The position numbers and the translations under genes were made by a program. A DNA stretch of 26,172 bases from an uncultured archaeon (GTDB lineage Archaea; Asgardarchaeota; Lokiarchaeia; Sigyniarchaeales; SOKP01). The stretch lies in assembly GCA_964447495.1 (NCBI GenBank), contig CAYUTF010000032.1:1-26172 (forward strand), written 5' to 3'. The notes beneath the pieces are model-generated. The model had not been told where the DNA came from, made no database searches, and saw only the letters and a list, made by a program, of their open reading frames with translations. Each line of letters opens with the position of its first letter. The stretch's first letter is position 1. Below, one piece after another: positions 9,547 to 18,955 of this stretch.

Positions 9547-10731
9547 CTATTTCAAAAAGTCCTCTAAATGATTATAAACCTTTTCTAAAGTCTCTAATTC
9601 AGGTAAAAAAGTCAGTCGAATATGACCTTCACCATACTTGCCAAAACCAGAACCATATACAGAACATACTCCTGTTTCCTTAAGTAAATCGATGGCAAAC
9701 TCCTTATCATTTTTCCATTTATTAAATTCTTTTAAATCAACTTTAGGAAATAAATAAAAAGCTCCGCTCGCATTAACGCAACTAATACCTTCTATCTGGC
9801 GCAATCGTTTATAAGAATAATCCCTCCTTTCCTTTAATGTTCTAACCATTTCAGATGTATGGTTATTCTTTCTCTTGAAAATCTCTATCGCTGCATATTG
9901 TGCTATCGTACTCGCGGATAATCTAGCACGAGCTAATTTTGCGATACCATCCTTAAGATCTGCTAATTTATTTTCTGGATCATGATAATACAAATATCCT
10001 AATCTCCAACCAGTAACTAGATGTGCTTTTGAAAAACCATTCATTCCAATTATCGGGACATCCTTGCTTAAAGATGCAGGTGAAACATAATCTCTCTCAT
10101 AGGTAATTTGATCATAAATCTCATCAGAAAGTATGGGTAAGTTATACTCACCAGCTAAATCAATTATTTCTTTCACTTTTTCTTTGCTAAATAGTCCGCC
10201 TGTAGGATTATTCGGGGAACATATTAATATTGCTTGGGTCTTTTTAGTAATCTTTTTTCTTAGATCATCGATATTAGGTTCCCAATCATCTTGTTCATTA
10301 AGTTCATATTCCACAGGGACACCATCGTAAAATTTTGTATTATTGATATATAAGGGATAAGTTGGGCCAGGAATTAGCAGTTCTTCTCCGTTCTCAATCA
10401 TTGCTGCCAAAATAAAGTATATTGCCTCAGTTACACCTGTAGTGATCACAATATCGTCGCTGCTTACATCAAGATTATCTTTTTTCTTTAAAAATTTGCT
10501 AATCTCCTCCCTTAATTCAATTACACCGATTGAATCGGCATAAAAGTTTTTTCCACTATAACTTGCGTTAGCTAAAGCTTCTGATATAAAACTTGGGGTT
10601 CTAAAATCATACTTTAGAGGATCTCCAATATTAAGATGAAAGACCTCCTTTCCCGTTTTTTTTACTTGCTCTGCTATTACTGCGATATCTCTTATCGCAT
10701 ATTCTATGTCTCTTACCCTTCTAGATACCAT
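9547..10731 (-). CDS. PLP-dependent aminotransferase class I/II (alanine aminotransferase-like)
   Basis: IEYAIRD, LNIGDP, SPNNPTG, SDEIYD, GFSK (PLP Lys), TGWRLG, HIRLTF. Confidence 0.92.
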   Translation of the reverse strand: MVSRRVRDIEYAIRDIAVIAEQVKKTGKEVFHLNIGDPLKYDFRTPSFISEALANASYSGKNFYADSIGVIELREEISKFLKKKDNLDVSSDDIVITTGVTEAIYFILAAMIENGEELLIPGPTYPLYINNTKFYDGVPVEYELNEQDDWEPNIDDLRKKITKKTQAILICSPNNPTGGLFSKEKVKEIIDLAGEYNLPILSDEIYDQITYERDYVSPASLSKDVPIIGMNGFSKAHLVTGWRLGYLYYHDPENKLADLKDGIAKLARARLSASTIAQYAAIEIFKRKNNHTSEMVRTLKERRDYSYKRLRQIEGISCVNASGAFYLFPKVDLKEFNKWKNDKEFAIDLLKETGVCSVYGSGFGKYGEGHIRLTFLPELETLEKVYNHLEDFLK

Positions 10732-10941
10732 AAACAGTCACTTGACTTTATACAATAATAATGAAATGATTTAATCAGTAGATTTAAATTATATAATTAA
10801 ATCTGTCATTTAAACTTAAATCTCAAATTACCTTTTATATATAAAAAGAATTATATTTTAAAGCATATCTTCAAAAAGACTATTTGATTACTTAAGAAAA
10901 TAAAGAGATTGTAAAAAGAGGAGTAAATTTTTTAGAAATTT

Positions 10942-11187
10942 CTATCTCATTTTAGATTGTAAATTATTAATTAGGATTTTAAGATACTGAGCATTGTAGG
11001 AATTCTTATTTTCAATCTCTCGATAAGCTTTTAAATAATCGTTTAATTGTTTTTCTTCTTCAATCAATTCTAATTCAAGGTATCCTTCCGAGAATTCTTT
11101 GATAAATTCATTTTTTTCACTCTTATAGGGATAATGCTCTAAATCTCCTACCACATTTACCAATATTTCCATTTTTTTCACTTCCAT
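10942..11187 (-). CDS. Small helical protein homologous to the central part of the 15483-16097 product
   Basis: FSEGYLELELIEEEKQLNDYLKAYREIENKNSYNAQYLK aligns without gaps to YAMGYLYEEIVEKQELQNELFEEYKNIDNKESYKGLSLK. It has its own conserved promoter. Start is GTG 11190 or ATG 11187. Confidence 0.7.
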   Translation of the reverse strand: MEVKKMEILVNVVGDLEHYPYKSEKNEFIKEFSEGYLELELIEEEKQLNDYLKAYREIENKNSYNAQYLKILINNLQSKMR

Positions 11188-11210
11188 CACTTTTTTAATG
11201 AGTTTTAACT

Positions 11211-11293
11211 CTAAGTAAATTATTATTATCTAAGAATTTAAAAAATTTGATAAGAAAAATTATGGTACTTTTGACAAATTAATTTTTCAAAAT
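11211..11293 (-). promoter_or_regulatory. Promoter/operator copy B (TTTAAA box with TTTGAYAA sites)
   Basis: Ungapped similarity to 16143-16225. Imperfect palindrome TTTGACAA-N6-TTTTCAAA at 11270-11291 and a half-site at 11246-11253. Confidence 0.65.
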
Positions 11294-11359
11294 CAGAATT
11301 AAACAAAAAAAATTATTAAGATCTTTTTTTTAAAAAATAGGAGATTAAAAAAAAAAACC

Positions 11360-13609
11360 TTATCTGTAAATTTCCTCAGGAGTTTCTTTTAATGACTTTT
11401 GATAGGACATTGCGGCTTTATCTGCGCCTTTCTTGATGATTTCTATAGCCTCTTCAAAATCATTTTGAGTTATTTTTAATTTTCCATAGGATTGAGCATC
11501 TAAAACATTTAAATTTAATTCATATATTCCTCGTCTTATTGCTAAAATCGTTGCTTCTTCACAAATTGCTTTAATATCTGCTCCAGTATAACCCTCAGTC
11601 ATAATTGCTAATTTATTTAGTTCGGTATCATCTCCTAATGGACGTCCATTGAGATGTATAGCAAATATTTTTTCTCGTGATATTTGATTTGGTACGGGAA
11701 TTTCAATATGTCTACCAAATCTTCCTGATCTTAAAATTGCAGGATCAAGCAAATCTGGTCGGTTTGTAGCTGCAATTAATATGACGTTTTCTATCTTCTC
11801 TAAACCATCCATTTCTGTTAGCAACTGAGCAACAACTTGTTCTTCAACTCGTGAACTAGAAGAATCAGACCTACGTGCTGCAATCGCATCAATCTCATCA
11901 AAAAATATGATGCACGGTGCTGCAGCTCTTGCCTTTCTAAAGGTTTCTCTAACTGCTTTTGCACTTTCACCAACCCATTTAGATAAAAATTCAGGTCCTT
12001 TTATCGAGATAAAATTTACTTCAGTCTCATGAGCCAAAGCTTTTGCTAATAAAGTTTTTCCCGTTCCTGGAAGACCAAAAAGCAATATACCACATGGAGG
12101 TTTAGATTTCATGTACTCAAAAAGTTTTGGATATTTAAAAGGCCATTCAATAGTCTCCCTCAATTGCTGTTTAGCCATTTCTAAACCACCTATATCATCC
12201 CAAGTCTCTGTAGGCTGGGTTATGAGGACCTCTCTGAGTGCTGATGGCTCAACACTTGCAAGTGCCTCTAAAAAATGAGTAATTTTTATTTTTAGATTAT
12301 TTAATATCTCTTCTGGTAATGGAGTATCTAAATTGATATTTGGAACAACTTCTCTAATTGCTAGCATAGCTGCTTCTTTACATAATGATTTAATATCTGC
12401 GCCAACAAAACCATGAGTTTTCTCAGCAATTAAATCAAGATCTACATCTTTCTCTAATGGCATTCCTCGAGTATGGATAAGTAAAATTTCAAGCCTCCCC
12501 TTTATACTAGGAACTTTTATTTCAATCTCTCGGTCAAATCTACCTGGTCGTCTTAAGGCAGTATCAATATTATTTACTTGATTTGTGGCTCCAATTACTA
12601 TTATTTCCCCTCTCCTTTTTAAACCATCTAATAGGGACAATAATTGAGCTACAACGCGAGATTCTACTTGAGCCTTTCCATCCTCTCTCTTTGATGCTAA
12701 TGCATCCAATTCATCCAAAAATATAATTGATGGAGATTTTTCTTCCGCTTCTTTGAATATATTCCTTAAATTTTCTTCACTTTGGCCAAAAAACTTGCTC
12801 ATTATCTCAGGACCACTTACACTTATAAAGTGAGCGTCGGTTTCATAAGCAACCGCTCTTGCTAACAATGTTTTTCCTGTACCTGGAGGACCATATAATA
12901 AAACTCCTTTTGGTGGCTCTATACCAATTCTTTCGAATAATTCTGGATGTCTTATAGGTAATTCAATAATCTCTCTCACTTTTTGTATAGATTCTTCTAA
13001 TCCTCCGATATCTTCATACGTTACTTTATTACTTATCTCCATTAGTTTCTCTTTGATATTGCTTATCGTTTCATATTTGTATTTCGGCTGTTTTTCTACT
13101 GATTGTGTTAGTGACTTTTCAGAAAAATCAATATTAGTATTTAGACTAATTTTAACAGCTTCTAATTTGGGTGAATAATCAACAACAATAAGATCAATCC
13201 TGTGAGCCATAGCATAGAAACTCAAATTATCCCCTTTAGTAAATACCCTATTTTCTAATTTCCTAGTAAGAGTTTGAGGATCACGTGGAATTAAGGTGTC
13301 ATTTAGAGCAGCAAACGTTACTTTTTCTGCAGTTTGCGCTTCAATCTTCTTAATTTCGACAAAGTCATCAATTGAAATCTTTAAATTTCGTCTAAGAGAT
13401 GGATCCATTCTTATAATCCTTTTTCCTTTATCATTTATTTTTCCACTTGCAAGTCTTGCAACAGTATTCCTATCTGATAAGGAATGACTAATTTTTATAA
13501 TATCTCCGACTTTGAGATTTAAAAAATTTGAAATTTCAGGATCAATTCTTACTATACCTCTTCCAGCATCTTCTTTAAACGCATCTTTAATTCTTAGCTT
13601 TTCATCCAA
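11360..13609 (-). CDS. cdc48: Cdc48/VCP (VAT) AAA+ ATPase
   Basis: N domain ([10 protein letters not shown]), D1 [22 protein letters not shown]2 [14 protein letters not shown], and a C-terminal HbYX-like 'IYR'. TTG start follows GGGTGA. Confidence 0.93.
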   Translation of the reverse strand: MDEKLRIKDAFKEDAGRGIVRIDPEISNFLNLKVGDIIKISHSLSDRNTVARLASGKINDKGKRIIRMDPSLRRNLKISIDDFVEIKKIEAQTAEKVTFAALNDTLIPRDPQTLTRKLENRVFTKGDNLSFYAMAHRIDLIVVDYSPKLEAVKISLNTNIDFSEKSLTQSVEKQPKYKYETISNIKEKLMEISNKVTYEDIGGLEESIQKVREIIELPIRHPELFERIGIEPPKGVLLYGPPGTGKTLLARAVAYETDAHFISVSGPEIMSKFFGQSEENLRNIFKEAEEKSPSIIFLDELDALASKREDGKAQVESRVVAQLLSLLDGLKRRGEIIVIGATNQVNNIDTALRRPGRFDREIEIKVPSIKGRLEILLIHTRGMPLEKDVDLDLIAEKTHGFVGADIKSLCKEAAMLAIREVVPNINLDTPLPEEILNNLKIKITHFLEALASVEPSALREVLITQPTETWDDIGGLEMAKQQLRETIEWPFKYPKLFEYMKSKPPCGILLFGLPGTGKTLLAKALAHETEVNFISIKGPEFLSKWVGESAKAVRETFRKARAAAPCIIFFDEIDAIAARRSDSSSSRVEEQVVAQLLTEMDGLEKIENVILIAATNRPDLLDPAILRSGRFGRHIEIPVPNQISREKIFAIHLNGRPLGDDTELNKLAIMTEGYTGADIKAICEEATILAIRRGIYELNLNVLDAQSYGKLKITQNDFEEAIEIIKKGADKAAMSYQKSLKETPEEIYR

Positions 13610-13706
13610 TATCGATTCACCCTATTCTGTTTTTATTTTCTTAAAAAAAAAAATTTAATTAAAAAAATCTTGATTGTTACTATTTTTACTCAATTTTTTG
13701 AATATA

Positions 13707-14693
13707 TTACTTTAATAAAAGTTCTGTTGCTATATCAAAAGCTATATTATAATCGAAATTTTTTTTACCACGAGTCAATGCGGCTTCTTTAAAAATTTCT
13801 TTCTCAACATTGTATTTAAGTTTTCCAATATCAAGTGCGCCAATTCCATATATTCCCGGATAAAACTCTGTATTATTCATACTAGGATCCATCCCTTCTA
13901 CTCCATAGGGAGGCACTAAATTAATATCAACTACAACTTTATTCGGTGATAATTTCTCCATCACTTCTTTTGAAACCATTTGCACTCCCGCTTTTCCTAC
14001 AGACCAGATAATATCTGCATCTTTTATTATTTCATAATGGTCATCCTCTGAATTTGCTGCAGCTCCTAAAATTTTGTTAGCACCCTTTCCTGCTTTACTT
14101 GTTAACAATTTTGCCAAATCCTTCACATAACCCTCTCTTCGTGATGTGATTATTACATTAGCATTATGTTTCGAAGCAATTAAAGCAGAAATTTGTCCAA
14201 CTGGTCCTGTACCGCCTAAAACAATCACATTCTTTCCCTTCAGGCCTTGATGTCCATGTCTTTTTATGGATTTAATAGTCTTAGCGACAATAGCTGCTGC
14301 AGTAGTATGTGATCCTCTAGGGTCGATTATGATTGGAACTTCAAATGGTGGTACTAATGCATTTATTACATTCTCTGCTATTTTATCGCATTCTTCAACA
14401 TCGGAACCTCCAATAAAAAATACCGTTGGTGCTCCGACTTTTCTTGAAAACATTGCATCTTGGACAAGTTTAACAACGTGATCTGCCCTAATTTTGCAGT
14501 ATGGAATTACTACATCAAATCCTGCATCATATCCCATATTCGTATCAAAAGGGGAACAATATTCGTCTGTATCAAAAAAATAACAAATTTTATCTGATTT
14601 TTCCTTTTTTTTAATAATGATAGGGGTTAATTCGATAATTGATTTTTTTCCCAGCATATTCTCAACTTCTTGATTATTATTATTTTGCACCAT
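13707..14693 (-). CDS. NAD(P)-dependent methylene-H4MPT/H4F dehydrogenase (MtdA/B/C family)
   Basis: SPFDTNMGYDAGFD, LVQDAMFSR, FIGGSD, PPFEV..DPRGSHTTAAA, LGGTGPVG, DINLVPPYGVEG, GIGALDIGKLKY. Confidence 0.85.
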   Translation of the reverse strand: MVQNNNNQEVENMLGKKSIIELTPIIIKKKEKSDKICYFFDTDEYCSPFDTNMGYDAGFDVVIPYCKIRADHVVKLVQDAMFSRKVGAPTVFFIGGSDVEECDKIAENVINALVPPFEVPIIIDPRGSHTTAAAIVAKTIKSIKRHGHQGLKGKNVIVLGGTGPVGQISALIASKHNANVIITSRREGYVKDLAKLLTSKAGKGANKILGAAANSEDDHYEIIKDADIIWSVGKAGVQMVSKEVMEKLSPNKVVVDINLVPPYGVEGMDPSMNNTEFYPGIYGIGALDIGKLKYNVEKEIFKEAALTRGKKNFDYNIAFDIATELLLK

Positions 14694-14733
14694 TTTTTCA
14701 TCATCTCTTTTCTTAACTTTACTCCTATAAAAT

Positions 14734-15465
14734 TTATTTCAAAAGAGCTATTTCAATCTCATCTTCAAGTGCTTTTTCTACTTCCAGGGATTTTATTCTC
14801 CTCTTTATCTTTACTTGTTCGGTTTGAATACCTAGATCTGAAGCCAATTTTTCAATACCCGCAAAATGGCGAGTATCACAGATAAATATCCCTTTTATTT
14901 TCTTATCTTCAATGTCTCTCGCTAAATTTAAGATATTCATCATCATCCAAGCCTCCCTAACATTATATCGTACCTTATCTTCCTCTTGTTCATAATCTTT
15001 TTGCATGTATTCTTTCCAAAGAACAAGTCGTTGGAAAAAGTCATCATTTTCAAAAGCTTTACCTTTTATCTTTAAAATTTGCGTAATCTTTTTTTCTAAA
15101 CTTTTAATCATTTCTCGATGTTCGCTTAAGGCAGCAAAAAGATAATTCTCAGCATTTTCCGAAATGTCTGTTTGCTTAAATGGTATATCTTTTCTTTCAA
15201 ATAATGCTTTTAAAGGATCCACTGAATTAAGGGCGTTATTCCAAAAATTTGGTCTCTCTTCTAATACTAAATGAGGCTTATACTTCTCAATTAATATTTC
15301 CATCAGTTCGATATATTCTTTAGAAATTAAATGAAGATTCCAAACGATATTATCCTTCATGGTTTCAGGAACTTCAAACCACCAGTCTATTGGAAATTCG
15401 CTTTCAACCAAAATCAATTTTAACATTTTATTTTTTAATGGTTTTAATTCTAATACTTCAGGCAT
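14734..15465 (-). CDS. Hypothetical protein, possible TraB/GumN/ChaN-superfamily fold with helical insert
   Basis: 'YKPHLVLEE', 'REAWMMMNI' and 'IFICDTRHFAGI' resemble the TraB-type E, R..xM and GxxH.G motifs. RBS GGAGGT. Confidence 0.55.
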   Translation of the reverse strand: MPEVLELKPLKNKMLKLILVESEFPIDWWFEVPETMKDNIVWNLHLISKEYIELMEILIEKYKPHLVLEERPNFWNNALNSVDPLKALFERKDIPFKQTDISENAENYLFAALSEHREMIKSLEKKITQILKIKGKAFENDDFFQRLVLWKEYMQKDYEQEEDKVRYNVREAWMMMNILNLARDIEDKKIKGIFICDTRHFAGIEKLASDLGIQTEQVKIKRRIKSLEVEKALEDEIEIALLK

Positions 15466-15482
15466 TTTTCTTTTACCTCCTT

Positions 15483-16097
15483 TTAAAATATAATATTTTG
15501 AATAGTATGTTTTTTATTATAAAATACAACCTTTACATCTAAATCTCTTAAATATTGACTTACTTGAGGACAAATGTCTTCACATATGTCTTTTTGGATG
15601 AAATGAATGAAGGAAACGGTTTGATTGTTAAAATTTTTTACTAAATCTAACATTTTCTTTACTATCCATTGCGGTCTCAGTGTCAAACTTAAATAAATTT
15701 CTTTTTGTTGGATTTCTTCTCCCAACATATCAATCCAGTTTTTTAGACTTAAACCCTTATATGACTCTTTATTATCAATATTTTTGTATTCTTCAAACAG
15801 TTCATTCTGTAATTCCTGTTTCTCAACAATTTCTTCGTATAGATATCCCATTGCATACTCTGGAATATCTAACTGATAATAAGGAATATTTAAATCACTT
15901 AATGCTTTAGCAAACGGTGTTTTATGAAATAAACTTATATCCACTTGAAAATCTACGGTAACAAAATTGATTTCTCTTTCTCTAAGAAAGTCAACCAATT
16001 TAGATGTATTTTCATCTTGAAAATATTCTGCATTTTCTTTTGAAATCATATATGTAATTACTTTTTTTTTTACTTTCTTTAATTCTAATACTTCCAT
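15483..16097 (-). CDS. Hypothetical protein, paralog of 14734-15465
   Basis: Shared N-terminus EVLELK; NIPYYQLDIPEYAMGYL vs DIPFKQTDISENAENYL; RPQWIVKKMLDL vs REAWMMMNILNL. RBS GAGGT. Confidence 0.7.
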   Translation of the reverse strand: MEVLELKKVKKKVITYMISKENAEYFQDENTSKLVDFLREREINFVTVDFQVDISLFHKTPFAKALSDLNIPYYQLDIPEYAMGYLYEEIVEKQELQNELFEEYKNIDNKESYKGLSLKNWIDMLGEEIQQKEIYLSLTLRPQWIVKKMLDLVKNFNNQTVSFIHFIQKDICEDICPQVSQYLRDLDVKVVFYNKKHTIQNIIF

Positions 16098-16142
16098 TTT
16101 CTAACAAACCTCTCTAATTATAGATTTTAAAGAAATACATTA

Positions 16143-16225
16143 CTAAGTAAAAAAACATATGGTCGGAATTTAAAGAATTTGACAAGAAGAATTTTATCAA
16201 ATTTGATAATTTTAATTATCAAAAT
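16143..16225 (-). promoter_or_regulatory. Promoter/operator copy A for the minus-strand operon
   Basis: TTTAAA box at 16169-16174; perfect palindromes TTATCAAATTTGATAA (16194-16209) and TTTGATAATT-TT-AATTATCAAA (16202-16223). Confidence 0.7.
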
Positions 16226-16340
16226 TCTAATTTGAGGAGACAAGATAGTCTTATTAAAAATGAACGTTATATTGATCAATATTCTACATACTATGATCGA
16301 AATGCAACAAACTTATATTTGAGAAAATCAATATTATCAT

Positions 16341-16380
16341 AGAGATAAAAAAAATTGTCAAAATATCATTTTTAATAAAT
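16341..16380 (+). promoter_or_regulatory. Degenerate operator copy plus AT-rich TATA-like box upstream of the HTH-HdrA gene
   Basis: agaGATAA-N6-TTGTCAAA (16341-16362) followed by TTTAATAAAT. Confidence 0.45.
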
Positions 16381-16405
16381 TAAATTATAAATAAGGGGGA
16401 GCTAT

Positions 16406-18955
16406 TTGATGGATATTTATTCGATATTATCGCATCCGTTTAGGCGTAAAATATTAAATTTACTCGAAAAAGAAGGTTTTATTCCGTACACTGTCTTAAT
16501 GGACAAATTAGGGCTTGATCAGACGGGACAACTTAATTTTCATTTGAAAAAGTTAGGAAATTTAATCGATAAAGATAAAAAATCATATTTCCTCACTGAA
16601 GACGGTAAACGTATAATTCGCATTATGAATTTAAACAAGAGAGTATTATCTGGGGAAGATATAGAATATTTAAATAATAATGCAACTGAGATTAACAGGA
16701 TTGGCGTGATTTTATGCAATTGTAACACGGAAATTTCGAATGTAATAAACATTAATGCACTTCAGTCCTATCTTGAAAAGATTAATAATGTTGTATCAGT
16801 TCAAATTTTTGATAATCTCTGTCAAGAAAAAAACTTAGACAAAATTACCAATTGGATAAAAGAAAATTTTATTAATAAAATCACAATTGCGGCATGTTCT
16901 CCTAAAACTCACCAACATATATTTGAAAGAATCTTTGAGGGAATAATAGATCGTTCTAATATTGAAATAGCAAATATAAGAGAAAATTGTTGTTGGGTCC
17001 ATTATTCTAGTGAGAAACATATGGATTCCCTCATTACTCTAAATAAAGCTCAATTACTCATTGAAGCTGCTATAGAACGAGTTTCTTTGCAAAGAGAAGT
17101 TAAACTTAAACGTGTAGAAGTCGAAAAAAGTTGTGCTATAATAGGAGGAGGGATAGCAGGTATGACCTTAGCTTTAAATTTATCAAGAGCAGGAATAAGA
17201 GTGTACATTATCGAAAAATCACCAACATTGGGAGGTAAAATAGCAAGATGGAGTCGGATTTCTAATATTGGAGATTGTTCAATTTGCTTTATGTCTGAAC
17301 TAATTGGAGAGATAGTGAAAGAAAAAAATATTGAAATATACACTAATACAGAAATAGAGAATGTTTCTGGAGAAGTAGGCAATTTTTCAATAGATTTAAT
17401 TCAAAAACCGCGGTTTGTGGATGAATCTAAATGTACTGGATGTAAACAGTGTATAGAAGTATGTGGACGAGAACAAAAAAATCAATATGAATATGGTTTA
17501 ACCAAAAGGAAAGTTATTTATATTCCATTTCAAAATGCTTATCCTTATGTTCCTATTATTGATGAAATCGATCATGAAACATGTCTTGATTGCAGAATAT
17601 GCGAACGCGCTTGTATCAATAAAGCCATTAATTTAAATCAACAGGCTGAACAAATCAAAATCCGAGTGGGAGCAAAAATTATAGCGATTGGTGCCGATAT
17701 TTCTTTCGATTTAGAAGAATATTCCTATAATCCATATAACAATATTATAACCTCAGCAGAATTTGAAAGAATGCTTTCTTCAGATGGATTTACTGGAGGT
17801 AAAATATCCAAATTAAATGATAAGGGTAAAGTTAATTCAATTTCAATTATACAAGAGGTTGGTCCGTCAAATTACTTATGTGAATACTCAGATATATTAG
17901 CACTAAAATACATTGATGCTATAAAATTACAAAATCCAAATTGTGAAGTTAATGTGTTTTACGATTTAAGTAAATTAACAATTAAAGGTGAAATTCTTTT
18001 GAAATCAACAAATCAAAATTTTATTTATGCCAATCATGTTTCAATAGAAACAAGAGAAGATATTAATTATGTGATTGCCGATTCAATAGAATTTCCAAGT
18101 GATTTGATCATTTTGAATTTGGAATTGATCCCTAATAAAGATATAGCAAATCTAAGAAAATTTATGCACCTTACCATTAATGATAAAGGTTTTATGAGTG
18201 AGGAAACCTTAGCGTCTGGAATATATGGTATAGGGACAATATATGGTCCATTAAATTATAATTCTACAATTTCAAGCTCGAATAATGTTGCATTGAAAAT
18301 AATATCTTTATTATCAAAAGATTATTTATACACGGAATTTAGTGGTATTGAAATTAATCATGATAAATGTGGCTTGTGTGGGTTATGTGTGAATTCTTGT
18401 GATTTTAACGCTATTAATATAGAAGTAGATAAGATTAAAATTGATAAATTCAAATGTAAAGGATGTGGTACTTGTGTTGCTATTTGTCCTACAAATGCGA
18501 TTGAAATGAATATTAATACTTCTGAGAAGATATTTAAAACACTTGAAATTTTTTCTAAATTTAAAAGTAAACCGAAGATTATTGCTTTTTGTTGCCAATC
18601 ATGTGGGTATGCCGCAGCAGATGATGCTGGGTTAAAAAAGATACTCTATAACCCTAATACTTTCATTATTAAAGTTCCCTGTACTGGACGAGTTGATACA
18701 GAATTCATTTTAAAATCTTTTGAACTTGGTTTTAATGGAGTAATGATTTTGGGTTGTAGTAAGAATTCCTGTCGCTATATTAATGGCATTGAAAAAGCTC
18801 AAAAAAAGGTACATCTCTTAAAACAAATTTTAGAACCAAATAAGGCTAAAAGAATTATTATTAAAAGTATAACCGCGATTGAGGGACAAAAGTTTGCAGA
18901 TATTTCAAATAAATTTTATGAACAATTAAGTAGAGGGATAAAAAATAATGCCTAA
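16406..18955 (+). CDS. wHTH (ArsR/DUF-like) - HdrA-like flavoprotein - MvhD triple fusion
   Basis: N-terminal 'ILSHPFRRKILNLL...GQLNFHLKKL...YFLTEDGK' wHTH; HdrA N-domain CNC, AACSP, ANIRENCCWVH; IGGGIAG FAD motif; four CxxCxxCxxxC ferredoxin motifs; MvhD FCCQSC, VPCTGRV, GCSKNSC. Start is TTG 16406 or ATG 16409. Confidence 0.88.
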   Translation: MMDIYSILSHPFRRKILNLLEKEGFIPYTVLMDKLGLDQTGQLNFHLKKLGNLIDKDKKSYFLTEDGKRIIRIMNLNKRVLSGEDIEYLNNNATEINRIGVILCNCNTEISNVININALQSYLEKINNVVSVQIFDNLCQEKNLDKITNWIKENFINKITIAACSPKTHQHIFERIFEGIIDRSNIEIANIRENCCWVHYSSEKHMDSLITLNKAQLLIEAAIERVSLQREVKLKRVEVEKSCAIIGGGIAGMTLALNLSRAGIRVYIIEKSPTLGGKIARWSRISNIGDCSICFMSELIGEIVKEKNIEIYTNTEIENVSGEVGNFSIDLIQKPRFVDESKCTGCKQCIEVCGREQKNQYEYGLTKRKVIYIPFQNAYPYVPIIDEIDHETCLDCRICERACINKAINLNQQAEQIKIRVGAKIIAIGADISFDLEEYSYNPYNNIITSAEFERMLSSDGFTGGKISKLNDKGKVNSISIIQEVGPSNYLCEYSDILALKYIDAIKLQNPNCEVNVFYDLSKLTIKGEILLKSTNQNFIYANHVSIETREDINYVIADSIEFPSDLIILNLELIPNKDIANLRKFMHLTINDKGFMSEETLASGIYGIGTIYGPLNYNSTISSSNNVALKIISLLSKDYLYTEFSGIEINHDKCGLCGLCVNSCDFNAINIEVDKIKIDKFKCKGCGTCVAICPTNAIEMNINTSEKIFKTLEIFSKFKSKPKIIAFCCQSCGYAAADDAGLKKILYNPNTFIIKVPCTGRVDTEFILKSFELGFNGVMILGCSKNSCRYINGIEKAQKKVHLLKQILEPNKAKRIIIKSITAIEGQKFADISNKFYEQLSRGIKNNA

